A stretch of 64,000 nucleotides of DNA from an uncultured Verrucomicrobiae bacterium (GCA_963813025.1 CAWEXO010000002.1:1-64000); one strand, 5' to 3'. Positions 1 through 10,509 are shown, counted from the first letter of the stretch. The notes: generated by a model from the letters alone, not told the origin. Translations and numbers: made by a program.

Positions 1-376
1 TCAGTCGGATTTGGATGTTATCCTCGCCCTTCGTGACCATTCCCGCTTAACGATTCGACCTTCGAGATGCTGAATGCTGAACCCAGCCTTCACCGAGAAA
101 ATAAAGAGGAAGGCGCTAAGGCTACCGGCGCCCGCTTCCTGAAGGTATGGTCTAACGCCGACGTGCTGATTACGAGCTCTTGCCTGTGCCAGCCAGGGCT
201 CTAGTCAGCGGCATTTGGAGAAAATATTTGAATTTCGCGGAATAAAACCGCCTCAGTTCTAGTATAAAAAAGAGGGGTTATTTCGTCACTTTTGCTGTCC
301 GCTATGGATGCGGCTATAAACTTTGTTTCAATTTAGACTTTGACTAACGGGCGACCTCTTAAGCGCAATTTCAACC

Positions 377-1570
377 ATGAATACAACCAGCTTTTCTTAT
401 CGCCCCGCCCGGATGGGTGGGAGCCTTCTGGCAGCTCTGCTTTTTACTGGGCTGCAGTTGTCATTGGTACTGTTGCCGTTCGGTAGTGTGCGAGCGGGTG
501 AAGAGGAGGAGCGTAACGCTTTCACTTGGAAAAATCTTCAGAGTGATATAGCAGGTGTCGCCAATCGCACCGATGCGAACCTGGTAAACTCCTGGGGCCT
601 GACCATCAATACGACGGCAAACGTTTTCTGGGTCGCTGACAACGCCTCGGGTGTCTCCACGCTTTACCGCCCCGACGGATCTCCCGTCCTCTTGCCGAGC
701 ACCCCACCCCAGAATTTCGTGACCATCCCCCCTACCTCTGCTGACACAGGGAGTCCACCCACGGCAGCACCTACCGGAATTGTCTTCAACGCCTCACCGA
801 GTGCGTTTTTATTCTCGAAGCGTGCCATGCCGGCCGTATTTCTCTGGGATGGTGAGGATGGCGCGATCTTTGCCTGGAATCCGGGAGTCGACCTCACTAG
901 CGCAAAGATCGTCGTCGATAAGTCTTCTCCTGATCCGACAATCAGTTCTGTTTACAAGGGGCTCACATTGGCAAATCGCCAGAGCGGCGGTCCGACCCTG
1001 TACGCCACGAACTTCCACAATGGAACCGTCGACGTGTTCGACAGCAGCTTCCATCCTATAACGGGTGGTTTTGTGGATCCTAACCTGCCGACGAATTACG
1101 CTCCCTTCGGGATCGCGACCATTGACAACCTGATATATGTCACCTTCGCTTTACAAAATAATGTAAAACATGACGATGTAGGGGGCGTTGGTCACGGTTT
1201 CATTGATGTATTCACCCCTGAAGGCGCCCTGCTGCGACGGCTGATCCCGTTTACGCCTGGCAGCGGTCCGCTCAACTCACCGTGGGGTTTGGCTAAGGTC
1301 CCGCGCGAGTTCGGCAAATTTGGCCGCGACGTTTTGCTCGTCGCGAATTTTGGAGACGGCAGAATTAACGCATTCGACATGCACTCCGGGGCTTTTCTTG
1401 CCCACTTGAATAACCGTAGAGGGGAACCGCTGGAGTTTAACGGCCTGTGGGCGCTGTTCTTCTTAGATGATCGGCTTTATTTCACAGCCGGAATCGGCGA
1501 TGAGACCCACGGACTTTTCGGAGTTATCAGACCAGTAGAGAGAGAAGAGGAAGAAGATTCCCACGAATAG
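377..1570 (+). CDS. TIGR03118 family secreted protein
   Basis: Signal-like N-terminus; motifs LVNSWGL, FWVADN, PTGIVFN, YKGL, LNSPWGL, NFGDGRINAFD, LYFTAG...HGLFG. Confidence 0.9.
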   Translation: MNTTSFSYRPARMGGSLLAALLFTGLQLSLVLLPFGSVRAGEEEERNAFTWKNLQSDIAGVANRTDANLVNSWGLTINTTANVFWVADNASGVSTLYRPDGSPVLLPSTPPQNFVTIPPTSADTGSPPTAAPTGIVFNASPSAFLFSKRAMPAVFLWDGEDGAIFAWNPGVDLTSAKIVVDKSSPDPTISSVYKGLTLANRQSGGPTLYATNFHNGTVDVFDSSFHPITGGFVDPNLPTNYAPFGIATIDNLIYVTFALQNNVKHDDVGGVGHGFIDVFTPEGALLRRLIPFTPGSGPLNSPWGLAKVPREFGKFGRDVLLVANFGDGRINAFDMHSGAFLAHLNNRRGEPLEFNGLWALFFLDDRLYFTAGIGDETHGLFGVIRPVEREEEEDSHE

Positions 1571-1824
1571 TTGCGCCAACGAGCAGCAGCAAGGATCCAT
1601 TTAACCGGGGCAGCGACCGTTTGCTCCGCCTTCCGCGGCGCCAGCTCACGCTCGAGTTGCGAACAAAGCATCGTGAGGGGTTCGGCATTGTAGGATTGAA
1701 TCGCCGATCGAGATCGGCGGTCCAAAAATGATGGCGTTTTCAGGGTGCTTTGACTTTCACGCGGCAGCCTTGGCGGGCTTCGTGAATCTCGCGATGAGCG
1801 ATTTTCCGCTTAATTGTCTCAATG

Positions 1825-2166
1825 TCATCTTAGAAGACTCATTAATACCGGGATCATAGCGCATCCACGGCTTAGGGATGCGAGTGCTTTTCCCAGAATG
1901 GCTCCGAGCGCCCGAGGTTTATCAAAAGCCTCCATCGCGTACCCTCGCCTTCCGGAAGTCATAAGGAGATCGCCAGCTGTGATGCTCCCGGCAGCCGCAT
2001 CGGCCTTGCAGAAAGCCTTTCCGAGAAGAGCAATAGGCGAGCGAGGCACGGACGACGAGACGCGCTGCAAAACGACGGCCGGTTTCAACTCTCCGCCGCC
2101 GGATACAACACCGGCTACTCGCGTGGCTCGAATGGACCTCTCCCTACCGCATCTGCCCCTTTTCAT
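1825..2166 (-). pseudogene. Orphan C-terminal domain fragment (Peptidase_G2/autochaperone-like tail seen on surface or fibre proteins)
   Basis: RVAGVVSG...PIALLGKAFCKADA..GSITAGDLLMTS...GAILGKAL...IPVL resembles a conserved C-terminal module; the N-terminal body is absent. Confidence 0.5.
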
Positions 2167-2190
2167 CTCTCACTCCTCCCCTCTTAATCC

Positions 2191-2907
2191 TCACTTCTCG
2201 CCTCCCATCCGGCCAGTCATCGGAACAAAACGCACCGGCAACACAGCTTGCTGCTCGAGCGTAGCCCCGTGCTTCTGCAAAAGATAGAGCTGCTGGTCGT
2301 TCGGTGGACCGACAGGAATGATCATTCGGCCACCGTCTCTCAACTGATCAGCGAGCGGTTTGGGGATATGATCCGGGGCACAAGTAACAATGATGCCATC
2401 GAAGGGTGCGTGCTCCGGCCATCCTTTGTAGCCATCGCCAGCAAGTACTTTAACATTGCTATAGCCCAGCCGTTTCAGATCGGCCTCAGCTCGCCTGGCC
2501 AGAGGCTCGATAATCTCGATCGTGTAAACCTCCGCCACCAGGCGTGAGAGTATAGCGGCCTGATAGCCTGATCCCGTCCCGATCTCCAATATCCGGTCAG
2601 TCGGCTTCGGGTCGAGCTGTTCCGTCATGAACGCGACGATAAAAGGCTGAGAGATAGTCTGGCCGTAGCCGATGGGTAAAGGCTCATCGCGGTAAGCAAA
2701 CCTGCGTATACTCGGCGGTACGAACTCGTGCCGTGGTACGGTATCCATAGCATCGAGCACCCGGCGGTTTTTTATGTCGCGCCCTGGGGCAGTAAGTTGC
2801 TCCTCGAGCATACTTCTGCGGGCTAGAGCAAAGTCGTCCTCAGTCGCGGGCTCCGAATCACAGGCAGCCGAAAGCAAGAGTGACAGCGCGACGAACGCTC
2901 TGCGCAT
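2191..2907 (-). CDS. pcm: Protein-L-isoaspartate O-methyltransferase
   Basis: VPRHEFVP, LPIGYGQTISQP, ILEIGTGSGYQAA, GDGYKGWPEHAPFD, VRFVPM; lipoprotein-like leader (LSAAC). Confidence 0.95.
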   Translation of the reverse strand: MRRAFVALSLLLSAACDSEPATEDDFALARRSMLEEQLTAPGRDIKNRRVLDAMDTVPRHEFVPPSIRRFAYRDEPLPIGYGQTISQPFIVAFMTEQLDPKPTDRILEIGTGSGYQAAILSRLVAEVYTIEIIEPLARRAEADLKRLGYSNVKVLAGDGYKGWPEHAPFDGIIVTCAPDHIPKPLADQLRDGGRMIIPVGPPNDQQLYLLQKHGATLEQQAVLPVRFVPMTGRMGGEK

Positions 2908-3061
2908 CAAAGCCAGGATAGTCCAGTTCGGCCGCGTTGCACCTGTTTACCCTCCCGCTCAACCTGGTACTCAACGCCCTGAGTGTCCCGGTAGCTAATC
3001 CGGTAACCGGCAATAAAGCCTTGATGCCCCATCCTCAATCTTTCGTAAGACCGCTTCGAAG

Positions 3062-3298
3062 TCATCGGTGACAGATGATCAGCACCAGCATGTACGCAAG
3101 CTGAACCGGGAACGCCGTGAAGGCGCGTTCTTGAGCAAAGAATAAAATAGATTGAGCGATCGAAAGCAGAAGCGCGGCGAGAAAAGCTTCGGGCATGCCC
3201 ATAAGACCGGTCAGAAGCAGGCAGGCCATTACCAGCCAGACCCACCACGTCCAGTCCTGGGGCATGATAAATAGCCAACGTCGTGCGGTCGGGTTCAT
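3062..3298 (-). pseudogene. Truncated hypothetical membrane protein
   Basis: Hydrophobic Trp-rich ORF (DWTWWVW...AFPVQL) that ends abruptly. Confidence 0.35.
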
Positions 3299-3696
3299 AA
3301 AATGGTTGCCGTTCGTGCACCACGAGCAGTTCTTTCCTTCGGTTCACCCGCGGTCGCAAAAACGTCCTCATGGTGTGCAGGGCTCCAAGAGGGGCGACTC
3401 CGATTAAAAACCAGAATACCGGAACAACCTGCACAAGATCGATAAGTTTTATCTTTGGTACGACCTGGCGCCCCAGTCGATGTCCGAGCGTCGCAACACC
3501 GATCCAGCGCCTGCTGCGGCTACTCCCAAATCCCAATCGGAACCTCGGCTTTGGAAGCTCAGTGTTCGTCCCACGTCTTGTCTACTGGCCCAAAGTCGCG
3601 ATTGTGGAAGGAGATGGAGAAGATCAAGCACGTTTCCCAAAAGAGATGCAAACGCGCTGGCCAGGCTGGGCTGCGGCGTTGTAACGTAACCGGTAA

Positions 3697-4398
3697 ATGA
3701 AGATGGCGGCCCGTTTTGCGAATCGGGGGGAAGCAGGCCGCCAGCTCGCCGAAAAACTCACGGCATATCGCGATCGCGACGATGTGGTCGTGCTGGGGTT
3801 GCCTCGTGGGGGTGTTCCGGTGGCCTACGAAGTCGCCATGCGGCTGCATCTGCCGCTGGATGTTTTCATTGTGCGCAAACTCGGTGTTCCCGGCGATGAG
3901 GAGCTGGCGATGGGTGCAATCGCATCCGGCGGCATTCGAGTGGTGAACGAAGACGTGGCGCGATATTTGCCGGCAGCGGAAAAGTGGCTGGAGATTGCGG
4001 CGAAAAACGAGACGGCGGAGATCGCACGACGGGAACGCGAGTATCGTGACGGCAAACCGGCGCGGGATTTACGCGGTTGCACCGTGATCGTCGTCGATGA
4101 CGGGCTGGCCACCGGCTCAACGATGCGCGCCGCAGTCACCGCGCTGCGGCAGCATGAAGTGGCGAAGATCGTCGTCGCCGTTCCGGTTGGTGCACCGGAA
4201 AGCTGCGCCGAATTCGAGCATGAAGTTGATGAGACGATTTGCGCGATCGAACCGGAAGGGTTTCACGCCGTGGGCCAGCACTATGATGATTTTTCACAGA
4301 CCAGCGACCAGGAAGTGCGAAAGTTACTGTCAGCGGCTAACTCAAGCGACATCAATCCTCATCCCGGTCGCGATCATTTCGAATCCCGAATTAATTAA
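3697..4398 (+). CDS. Putative phosphoribosyltransferase (Rv0571c/Rv2030c N-terminal-like)
   Basis: FANRGEAGRQLA, VLGLPRGGVPVA, VRKLGVPG.EELAMGAIA, VVDDGLATGSTM, FSQTSDQEV. Confidence 0.9.
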   Translation: MKMAARFANRGEAGRQLAEKLTAYRDRDDVVVLGLPRGGVPVAYEVAMRLHLPLDVFIVRKLGVPGDEELAMGAIASGGIRVVNEDVARYLPAAEKWLEIAAKNETAEIARREREYRDGKPARDLRGCTVIVVDDGLATGSTMRAAVTALRQHEVAKIVVAVPVGAPESCAEFEHEVDETICAIEPEGFHAVGQHYDDFSQTSDQEVRKLLSAANSSDINPHPGRDHFESRIN

Positions 4399-4714
4399 CC
4401 CGAAGAGGAGGTTGGCGTCCAATTCTCCGAGCTCGCGAATTGGTCGCCGAATCGTGGTCAAGGGCGGCGACAGAAAGGCCGCAAAAGGCATGTGAGCAAA
4501 ACCAGTTAGGGACGCTTTCCGTTGCCTTCGGCGGTGTTCAGTAAGGCTGAAAGGCTCGCGCGGTCGAGTTGTTAGCGAAGCTCTCGTCCCAACGGGCTGC
4601 TCAGATCGATCAGGAGACGGTTTACCCAATTGAGAAAGCGCAACTCGGGTTGGTAAACGTCGAGCTTTTCATGGTCGAATCTTGCTTTCATGAGGCGGCA
4701 TGTTTGTGCGAGTT

Positions 4715-4738
4715 GACGAGCACGAGCACGAGTACGAG
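4715..4738. repeat. Short hexamer tandem (nACGAG)x4
   Basis: gacgag-cacgag-cacgag-tacgag, intergenic. Confidence 0.6.
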
Positions 4739-4747
4739 CAGGCGGGG

Positions 4748-5926
4748 TTACCCGTGAGCAGTGCGGGATTGGTTTGCGACCTTGGTCACTTGGTCCTTGT
4801 CTATCTCAAACAGATCGTGGAACAACTCGTCAACGCCAGTGTCCCGATGTTGATTAGCTTGCGTTTTCAGAAGCTTTTGCGGTCGTTTGTTCGTTCGAAT
4901 CCGAGCCGCTAGTTCCGCCATAGCCGTTTTGGCGCCGCGCAGATCCGATTTATTTACTACGATCAGGTCCGCCAAGTCTAGCATCGCGATCTTTTGCAGT
5001 TGGAGCCGGCCGCCGTACTCCGGTGGCATCACGAGCACCGTCCGATTAGCCAGTTCATTAGAAGGCCCGAAAGGCATCGCTTCCTGGCCGGTGCCGACAG
5101 TTTCGACAATCACCGCCTCGCATTGCGCGCAACTGGCGAGCAACTGAATGCAGGCATGCGTGCCGGGACTCAAGCCTCCAGCGCGGCCTCTGGTGGCAAT
5201 ACTTCGCATGAAAACGCGATCGTGCTGCGAGTAGATCATCGTTGCACGGTCGCCGAGCAACGCGCCCAGCCCGACAATACTTGGGTCGTGCGAGAGAATC
5301 GCAATTCTCCGGTCGACTGGAACCTGTCGGAGAAACCGGAGAACGAGTTCGTCGATCAATGTCGTCTTGCCGGCACCGCCCGGTCCGGTAATCCCGATGA
5401 TTGGACACCGGGTTGAGCCTGGATCAATGGAGTCAACTGGAGACAGACCAAACTCGGCTTGCGACAGACGACGGGCCAAAGCAGCATCTCCTTGGCCGGA
5501 TTCAGCGTCTTTCACTTCGTCAGTCACGGCCCAGCCAAGTGAACGCACGTACATGACAATTTCCGGCAAGAGTGTTCCAGCAAAGAAGATTTTATCCACG
5601 CCCGAGCGATAGAGAAGCTCAGCGTCAGACTTGGTGATGGTCCCGCCGCCGCCCCCGAACACCTTGAGTCGCGGATCGGCGCCATTCCGACGCAGCAGTT
5701 CGATAACCTCGGAGAAGAATTCGACATGGCCCCCGTTGTAGGTCGAGATGCCAACGGCATGCACGTTTTCCTGCACAGCGGCTCGGGCGATGTCCCGAGC
5801 CGAACGGTGATACCCGAGATAGACCACCTCGATCCCCTGACGAATCAGCTCAAGATTGATGGTATTAATCGCGCTATCGTGCCCGTCACAAATCGGCACT
5901 GCCGTCAATACTCTGATCGTCTGCAT
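4748..5926 (-). CDS. Cobalamin-binding domain plus MeaB/ArgK-type GTPase (N-terminal half of IcmF)
   Basis: DGHDSAIN B12 motif, GGGGGTI; P-loop GPGGAGKTT, DPS, LLGDR, MRSIATRG, VETVGTGQ, NKSD; no mutase barrel. Confidence 0.85.
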   Translation of the reverse strand: MQTIRVLTAVPICDGHDSAINTINLELIRQGIEVVYLGYHRSARDIARAAVQENVHAVGISTYNGGHVEFFSEVIELLRRNGADPRLKVFGGGGGTITKSDAELLYRSGVDKIFFAGTLLPEIVMYVRSLGWAVTDEVKDAESGQGDAALARRLSQAEFGLSPVDSIDPGSTRCPIIGITGPGGAGKTTLIDELVLRFLRQVPVDRRIAILSHDPSIVGLGALLGDRATMIYSQHDRVFMRSIATRGRAGGLSPGTHACIQLLASCAQCEAVIVETVGTGQEAMPFGPSNELANRTVLVMPPEYGGRLQLQKIAMLDLADLIVVNKSDLRGAKTAMAELAARIRTNKRPQKLLKTQANQHRDTGVDELFHDLFEIDKDQVTKVANQSRTAHG

Positions 5927-6000
5927 GGGGGTTAAAATGCTTAGCTACGCTCGGTTCGTTGCAAAAACAAACGTTGGGAAAGAGGGCTTGAGCGGGCCTG

Positions 6001-6385
6001 GCGTAGCGCGGACGGCCTCGGGCGTGTCGGACTTCGGAAATCTGTAGTACGCGCGATCGAGCTAAGGTTCGAGACATGTCCCAAAGCGTCTTTGGTCCTG
6101 CGCCGGTAGAGCGAAAATTTATTCGAGCCTTGGCGAGAACTTGCTTGAGCCGTCTGCAGTGTGACCTGCCGCAGCGCCCGGCTCGAACGAGTCTTCGCCG
6201 AAGGCTCAGATGAATTCTCGCCCTACCGATTTTGGGATGTTGCGAGACATTCTCCAAATTTTCGCCCTATCGCCACAAGACAGTGCGGCATTCTGAGACG
6301 ATCAATAACCGCTCGGGCGACCAATCGCTTGGGTGGCGTCGCCACAGATTAGTCAAAGTCCGACAGACTCGGCCTCGTCCGTACC
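6001..6385. repeat. Nested palindromic REPIN/MITE-like element, copy 1
   Basis: Outer IR tgtcggacttcggaaatctgt / acagattagtcaaagtccgaca; inner hairpin gtagagcgaaaattt...attctcgccctac (6106-6226); homologous to 16916-17086 and 31266-31599. Confidence 0.85.
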
Positions 6386-6594
6386 TCTCGCCACGAACGG
6401 GGGATAGTGAGCCTTTCTCGGAATGCTGGGTTTGCCGCTTTCTTCTTTGTGATGGCCGATTCCGAAAAAGTTCGGCTCTCGGTGAGCTTTGGAAACGAGC
6501 CGGGCGGACCACCTATTCCAGCGGACAGTCCAGATGTACGGACGAGGCCGTCCGCGCTACTCAGAATGCCGCTCAGGCCGCTCAAAGCGCTCCT

Positions 6595-7029
6595 TCAGTC
6601 CTCGACTAGCTCGTCCGGTAATTCGTTCTTCTCGTCCGGTCGCGGTGGGAAGTGTTCCGCGAGCAGCCCGCCAATCTTTTCGATGGCTTCGGTCAGGGCG
6701 GCGGTAAACGCTTGGCGGCGCAGGCCGACCTCCAGCGTCAGAATCACTTCGCGCCAGAAATCAGGGCCGCATCGCTCGTGGACTGCGGTATCGCCGATAA
6801 CCGCCAGTTCCTGAGTGCGCGGCGCCAGGACGATCAGGACCGCATTGCGGTCCCGTGTCTTTGCCATCTTGAGCCGGCAAAACGCTTTGCGCCCAAAGCG
6901 CAAAATATCTCGCGGTTTCTGGCGGGTTATCAACACACGAATCTGACCGCTGGTCCGCTTTTCAGCCGTCGCGATCGCGGCGACGACGGCCTCGGGATCG
7001 ACCGACTGCAGAAAAAGCTTTGGCTTCAT
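6595..7029 (-). CDS. TPM domain-containing protein
   Basis: AIATAEKRTSGQIRV, RNAVLI, IGDTAVHERCGPDFW, HFP...NELPD. Confidence 0.88.
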   Translation of the reverse strand: MKPKLFLQSVDPEAVVAAIATAEKRTSGQIRVLITRQKPRDILRFGRKAFCRLKMAKTRDRNAVLIVLAPRTQELAVIGDTAVHERCGPDFWREVILTLEVGLRRQAFTAALTEAIEKIGGLLAEHFPPRPDEKNELPDELVED

Positions 7030-7034
7030 GCCTC

Positions 7035-7868
7035 TTACCAGCCGCCGCTGGCGCCGCCCCCGCCGCTATCGCCACCTCCCCCAGAAAAACCGCCGCCACC
7101 GCCAAATCCTCCTCCCCCAAGACCTCCGCTTCCCCCTCCCCAGCCTCCGCCCATGGGTCCGATCCAGGTGCCTCGCGAGCCTCGGCCGGAGTAGACGACT
7201 CCTCGCTGGCGCGCACGGCTATTGAGATAAGCGAAAATCAGGAAAATCAGGATGACTAAAACCCAGAAACCTACGCTGGCTTCCGTCTCGGCACCGCTCT
7301 GCTGACTTTCGGCGACGGTTCGGCCAGTCCCTTTGTACTCGCCTTTGCTGACCGCGATCATGGCGTCGACTCCGGCCGCGAGCCCGCCATCGAAGTCACC
7401 CTGCTGGAATCGCGGAGCAACCTCATCGGAAATTATTCGTTTGCAGATGGCATCCGGCAACGCGCCTTCCAGGCCGCGCCCCGTCTGGATCCGCATCTTC
7501 CGATCTTTCACAAACACGAAGAAGATCGCGCCATTGTCCCGACCTTTCTGACCCGGTCTCCACGCGCGGAACACGTCCTGGGTATAATCGTCCAAGGCGG
7601 CATCCGGTGGCAGGCTCGGGAACACAGCAACCAGCAATTGATTGGAAGTCTCCCTTTCAAACGCCTCTAATCGCTGGTTCAGATTTCGCACGGTATCCGG
7701 CCGGACGATCCGGGCGTAGTCCGTAAAATAGGCGGTTGGGGCTGACGGCAGATTCGCCGCGCCGCCCTCGAGCGCACTGCCAAAGAGGAGCGCGACCATC
7801 GGCGACAATAGCCGGAAAAACAGCGGCAGACGCCGATCCAGTAACAGCTCAGGGAACATCGTGAGCAC
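7035..7868 (-). CDS. TPM domain membrane protein (YgcG-like) with Gly-rich tail; start uncertain
   Basis: GQKGRDNG, DRKMRIQTGRGLEGALPD, GGGFSGGGGDSGGGGASGGW. Confidence 0.9.
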   Translation of the reverse strand: MLTMFPELLLDRRLPLFFRLLSPMVALLFGSALEGGAANLPSAPTAYFTDYARIVRPDTVRNLNQRLEAFERETSNQLLVAVFPSLPPDAALDDYTQDVFRAWRPGQKGRDNGAIFFVFVKDRKMRIQTGRGLEGALPDAICKRIISDEVAPRFQQGDFDGGLAAGVDAMIAVSKGEYKGTGRTVAESQQSGAETEASVGFWVLVILIFLIFAYLNSRARQRGVVYSGRGSRGTWIGPMGGGWGGGSGGLGGGGFGGGGGFSGGGGDSGGGGASGGW

Positions 7869-7876
7869 TCACTATC

Positions 7877-8509
7877 CTAATGGGCCGGCGAAGGACTGAA
7901 AGAGGGAAAATTGACGGTTGGAGCGTTCTCCGATCCAGCGGCACCCTGGAAAAACGGCCGTGGCTGGAAACCGAACCAGCTTGCGAAGATCACGGTCGGA
8001 AGGGAGCGCACCTTTACGTTGTAAGCTTGTGCAGTCTGGTTAAAATCGCGTCGGGCGACCGCGATTCGGTTTTCCGTACCCTCGATCTGGGCCTGCAAAT
8101 CGCGAAAATTAGTATTCGCCTTGAGGTCGGGATAATTCTCACTGACCGCCAGGAGCCGTCCCAAGCTGCTGGAGAGAGCGTCCTGGGCTTGCTGGAAACG
8201 CTGCAACTGCTGAGGATCAGTAGGCGCTTTGGAGAGGTCAACGGTGACTTTGGTCGCGTTGGCACGGGCGTTTATGACATCGGTGAGCGTCGACTTTTCG
8301 AAATTGGCTGCACCCTCCACGGTGCGAACCAGGTTGGGTATGAGATCGGCTCGCCGCTGGTACTGAGTCTGAACATTGCCCCAAGCGGTGTCTACAGCGG
8401 TCGACGATCGTACCAGTCCGTTATAACCCCCGGCTAAGGCGCCGCCGATTACAAGAACTCCGACGACGGCAATAGCGAGGCAACCCAGACCTAAGATTCC
8501 TTTGTTCAT
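7877..8509 (-). CDS. lemA: LemA family protein
   Basis: YNGLV, WGNVQTQYQRRADLIPNLV, ENYPDLKAN, EGTENRIAVARRDFN. Confidence 0.95.
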   Translation of the reverse strand: MNKGILGLGCLAIAVVGVLVIGGALAGGYNGLVRSSTAVDTAWGNVQTQYQRRADLIPNLVRTVEGAANFEKSTLTDVINARANATKVTVDLSKAPTDPQQLQRFQQAQDALSSSLGRLLAVSENYPDLKANTNFRDLQAQIEGTENRIAVARRDFNQTAQAYNVKVRSLPTVIFASWFGFQPRPFFQGAAGSENAPTVNFPSFSPSPAH

Positions 8510-8649
8510 AAGTTTTGAGGACTAAGCGCTTGATTAAAACATGGCGATCCAGTTGCAGCCACCGAATAAGTGCAAAATGCCTGGAAACCGAAAAATCGCG
8601 GGCTCGATCACGGTTGGTCAGGCAAGTCAAAAATTCCAATTTGGAGCAA

Positions 8650-8678
8650 TTGACGGTCTGGAAAACCCCGCTTACTAT
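8650..8678 (+). promoter_or_regulatory. Sigma70-type promoter of rpsU
   Basis: TTGACG-N17-TACTAT about 45 nt upstream of the rpsU ATG. Confidence 0.7.
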
Positions 8679-8721
8679 TTAGCCCTCGCGAGCAGCGAAA
8701 ACACTTTAGAACAGAGGATTT

Positions 8722-8916
8722 ATGCCAGAAGTAATTGTCCGTAAAGGGGAGCCGATCGATCGAGCGCTCAAGCGGCTGAAGAACAAGCTCGACGCGGAAG
8801 GGATCATGGAAGAGGTACGGCGGCTTCGGGCATTTGAAACTCCCAACCAGAAAGTACGACGCAAGGCCAAGGCAGCAGCCAAACGGGGCAAATTGAAGTT
8901 TCGCTTCAATCCTTAG
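8722..8916 (+). CDS. rpsU: 30S ribosomal protein S21
   Basis: VIVRKGEPIDRALKRLK...EEVRRLRAFETP; RBS agagga. Confidence 0.97.
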   Translation: MPEVIVRKGEPIDRALKRLKNKLDAEGIMEEVRRLRAFETPNQKVRRKAKAAAKRGKLKFRFNP

Positions 8917-8938
8917 TCCTTCATTTCCAAGTACTTGC

Positions 8939-8969
8939 GACTCCGCGCCCCAGCGGAGTCTTTTTTTTT
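8939..8969 (+). terminator. Intrinsic terminator after rpsU
   Basis: Stem gactccgc / gcggagtc followed by T9. Confidence 0.85.
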
Positions 8970-9003
8970 GGGCGGCCGGGGCGGCGAGTTAATCGCAGCC
9001 CAG

Positions 9004-10509
9004 CTATCGTCCAATCGCTTTCAGAATCGCCTCGACTAATCCCTCAATGTCATAGCGCCCGGCCTCAACATCGACCTTCAGACCCGCTTGCCGCATGGCC
9101 GCCGATGTGATCGGACCGATACTCGCCCCTTTTATCCCCGGCGGTAATGGCAAGTTCAGCGCCTGAAAATTCGTGACGGTCGATGAACTGGTAAACGTGA
9201 TCAGATCCGCTCCTTCTCTCTGGAACCGCGCGACCGAACCGGCAACATCGTCCTTTTCAGCGACGGTTCGATAGGCGACTGCCTGATCCACGATCGCGCC
9301 AAGTTTGCTCAGCTGGTTGAGCAGGACATCTCGAGCGCCTTCGGCACGCACCGACAGAAACTTTAGATTTTCCACGCTCCCTTCCGCCACCAAGGCGGTC
9401 ACCATGGCTTCCGCGACAAATTCCTCAGGCTGTAAGTCTACCGCCAGGTGAAACCTGCGAATCCGCTCCGCCGTGGCTGGCCCGATGGCTCCGATTTTTA
9501 CATTCCCGATATGCCGGCAGTCGTCATACAGCTTGAAGAACATGTCGAAGAAAGCATCGACACCGTTGACGCTGGTAAAGAGCAGCCAATCGTACTGATA
9601 AGCATCGCGAACAAGCTCGGCGAACTCGCGAAGATCCGACGGCGGCTCGATGCGAATCGTTGGTACTTCGATCACATCAGCTCCCAGGGAGCGCAGACGC
9701 CGGCACAGCTCTCCCGCTTGTTTGCGAGAGCGGGTTACAACGATCCGCCGCCCGAATAGAGGTTTCGTTTCAAACCAGTTAAGTTGCCCTCGCAGCTTCA
9801 CCACTTCACCGAAGATGGCGATCGCCGGCGCCTCAAATTCCACGGCGCGCTCCACGATGTTTTCCAGAGTGCCGGTCAACGTTTCCTGCGCACCGGTCGT
9901 GCCCCAACGCACCAGCGCCACGGGCATTTCCCTCGTCGTGCCATTAATCAGCAATTCCGCCACCACTTCAGACAGGCGCTCAACGCCCATGAGCATCACC
10001 AACGTGCCTCCGGTCTTCGCCAGTGATCGATAGTTGACCGATACGGCATTTTTCTCAGGATCTTCGTGACCGGTAAAGATGCTCACCGTCGAGGTGAGCC
10101 CCCGGTGAGTCAGTGGTATTCCTGCGTACGCCGGCACCGCCACCGCGGAGGTAACGCCTGGTATCACCTCGAACGGCAGGTTCGCCTCGGCGAGAGCCAG
10201 CGCTTCCTCTCCTCCCCGGCCAAAGACAAACGGATCACCCCCTTTGAGTCGTACCACGCGCTTGCCTGACCGAGTCCGGTCAACCAGTAAATCGTTGATC
10301 TCGGCCTGTTCCACCGTGTGCCCTCCCGGTCTCTTTCCGGCAAAGATGATCTCCGCGCCGGGCGGCGCCCATTTCAAAATCTCCGGGTTGCAAAGATAGT
10401 CATAAACGATCACCTCGGCCCTTTCCACGGCCTCCCGAGTGCGGAGGGTGACTAACCCCAGATCGCCGGGACCCGCGCCAGCCAAAATACAATTACCGTT
10501 TTGATTCAT
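9004..10509 (-). CDS. cobA: Fused uroporphyrinogen-III C-methyltransferase / uroporphyrinogen-III synthase (CobA-HemD)
   Basis: GAGPGDLGL, VVRLKGGDPFVFGRGGEE, PGVTSA; second domain IVVTR, FTSVNGV, IGPATA, FTSSSTV. Confidence 0.95.
   Translation of the reverse strand: MNQNGNCILAGAGPGDLGLVTLRTREAVERAEVIVYDYLCNPEILKWAPPGAEIIFAGKRPGGHTVEQAEINDLLVDRTRSGKRVVRLKGGDPFVFGRGGEEALALAEANLPFEVIPGVTSAVAVPAYAGIPLTHRGLTSTVSIFTGHEDPEKNAVSVNYRSLAKTGGTLVMLMGVERLSEVVAELLINGTTREMPVALVRWGTTGAQETLTGTLENIVERAVEFEAPAIAIFGEVVKLRGQLNWFETKPLFGRRIVVTRSRKQAGELCRRLRSLGADVIEVPTIRIEPPSDLREFAELVRDAYQYDWLLFTSVNGVDAFFDMFFKLYDDCRHIGNVKIGAIGPATAERIRRFHLAVDLQPEEFVAEAMVTALVAEGSVENLKFLSVRAEGARDVLLNQLSKLGAIVDQAVAYRTVAEKDDVAGSVARFQREGADLITFTSSSTVTNFQALNLPLPPGIKGASIGPITSAAMRQAGLKVDVEAGRYDIEGLVEAILKAIGR

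Noticed and set aside
2907..3700. Several overlapping ORFs between pcm and the phosphoribosyltransferase
   Set aside because: No coherent domain beyond the small membrane fragment; probably degraded sequence
4893..4902. tRNA T-loop-like GTTCGAATCC
   Set aside because: It lies inside a CDS on the opposite strand and no cloverleaf forms
7028..7225. Pro-rich ORFs and low-complexity repeat
   Set aside because: Antisense reading of the Gly-rich tail of the TPM protein
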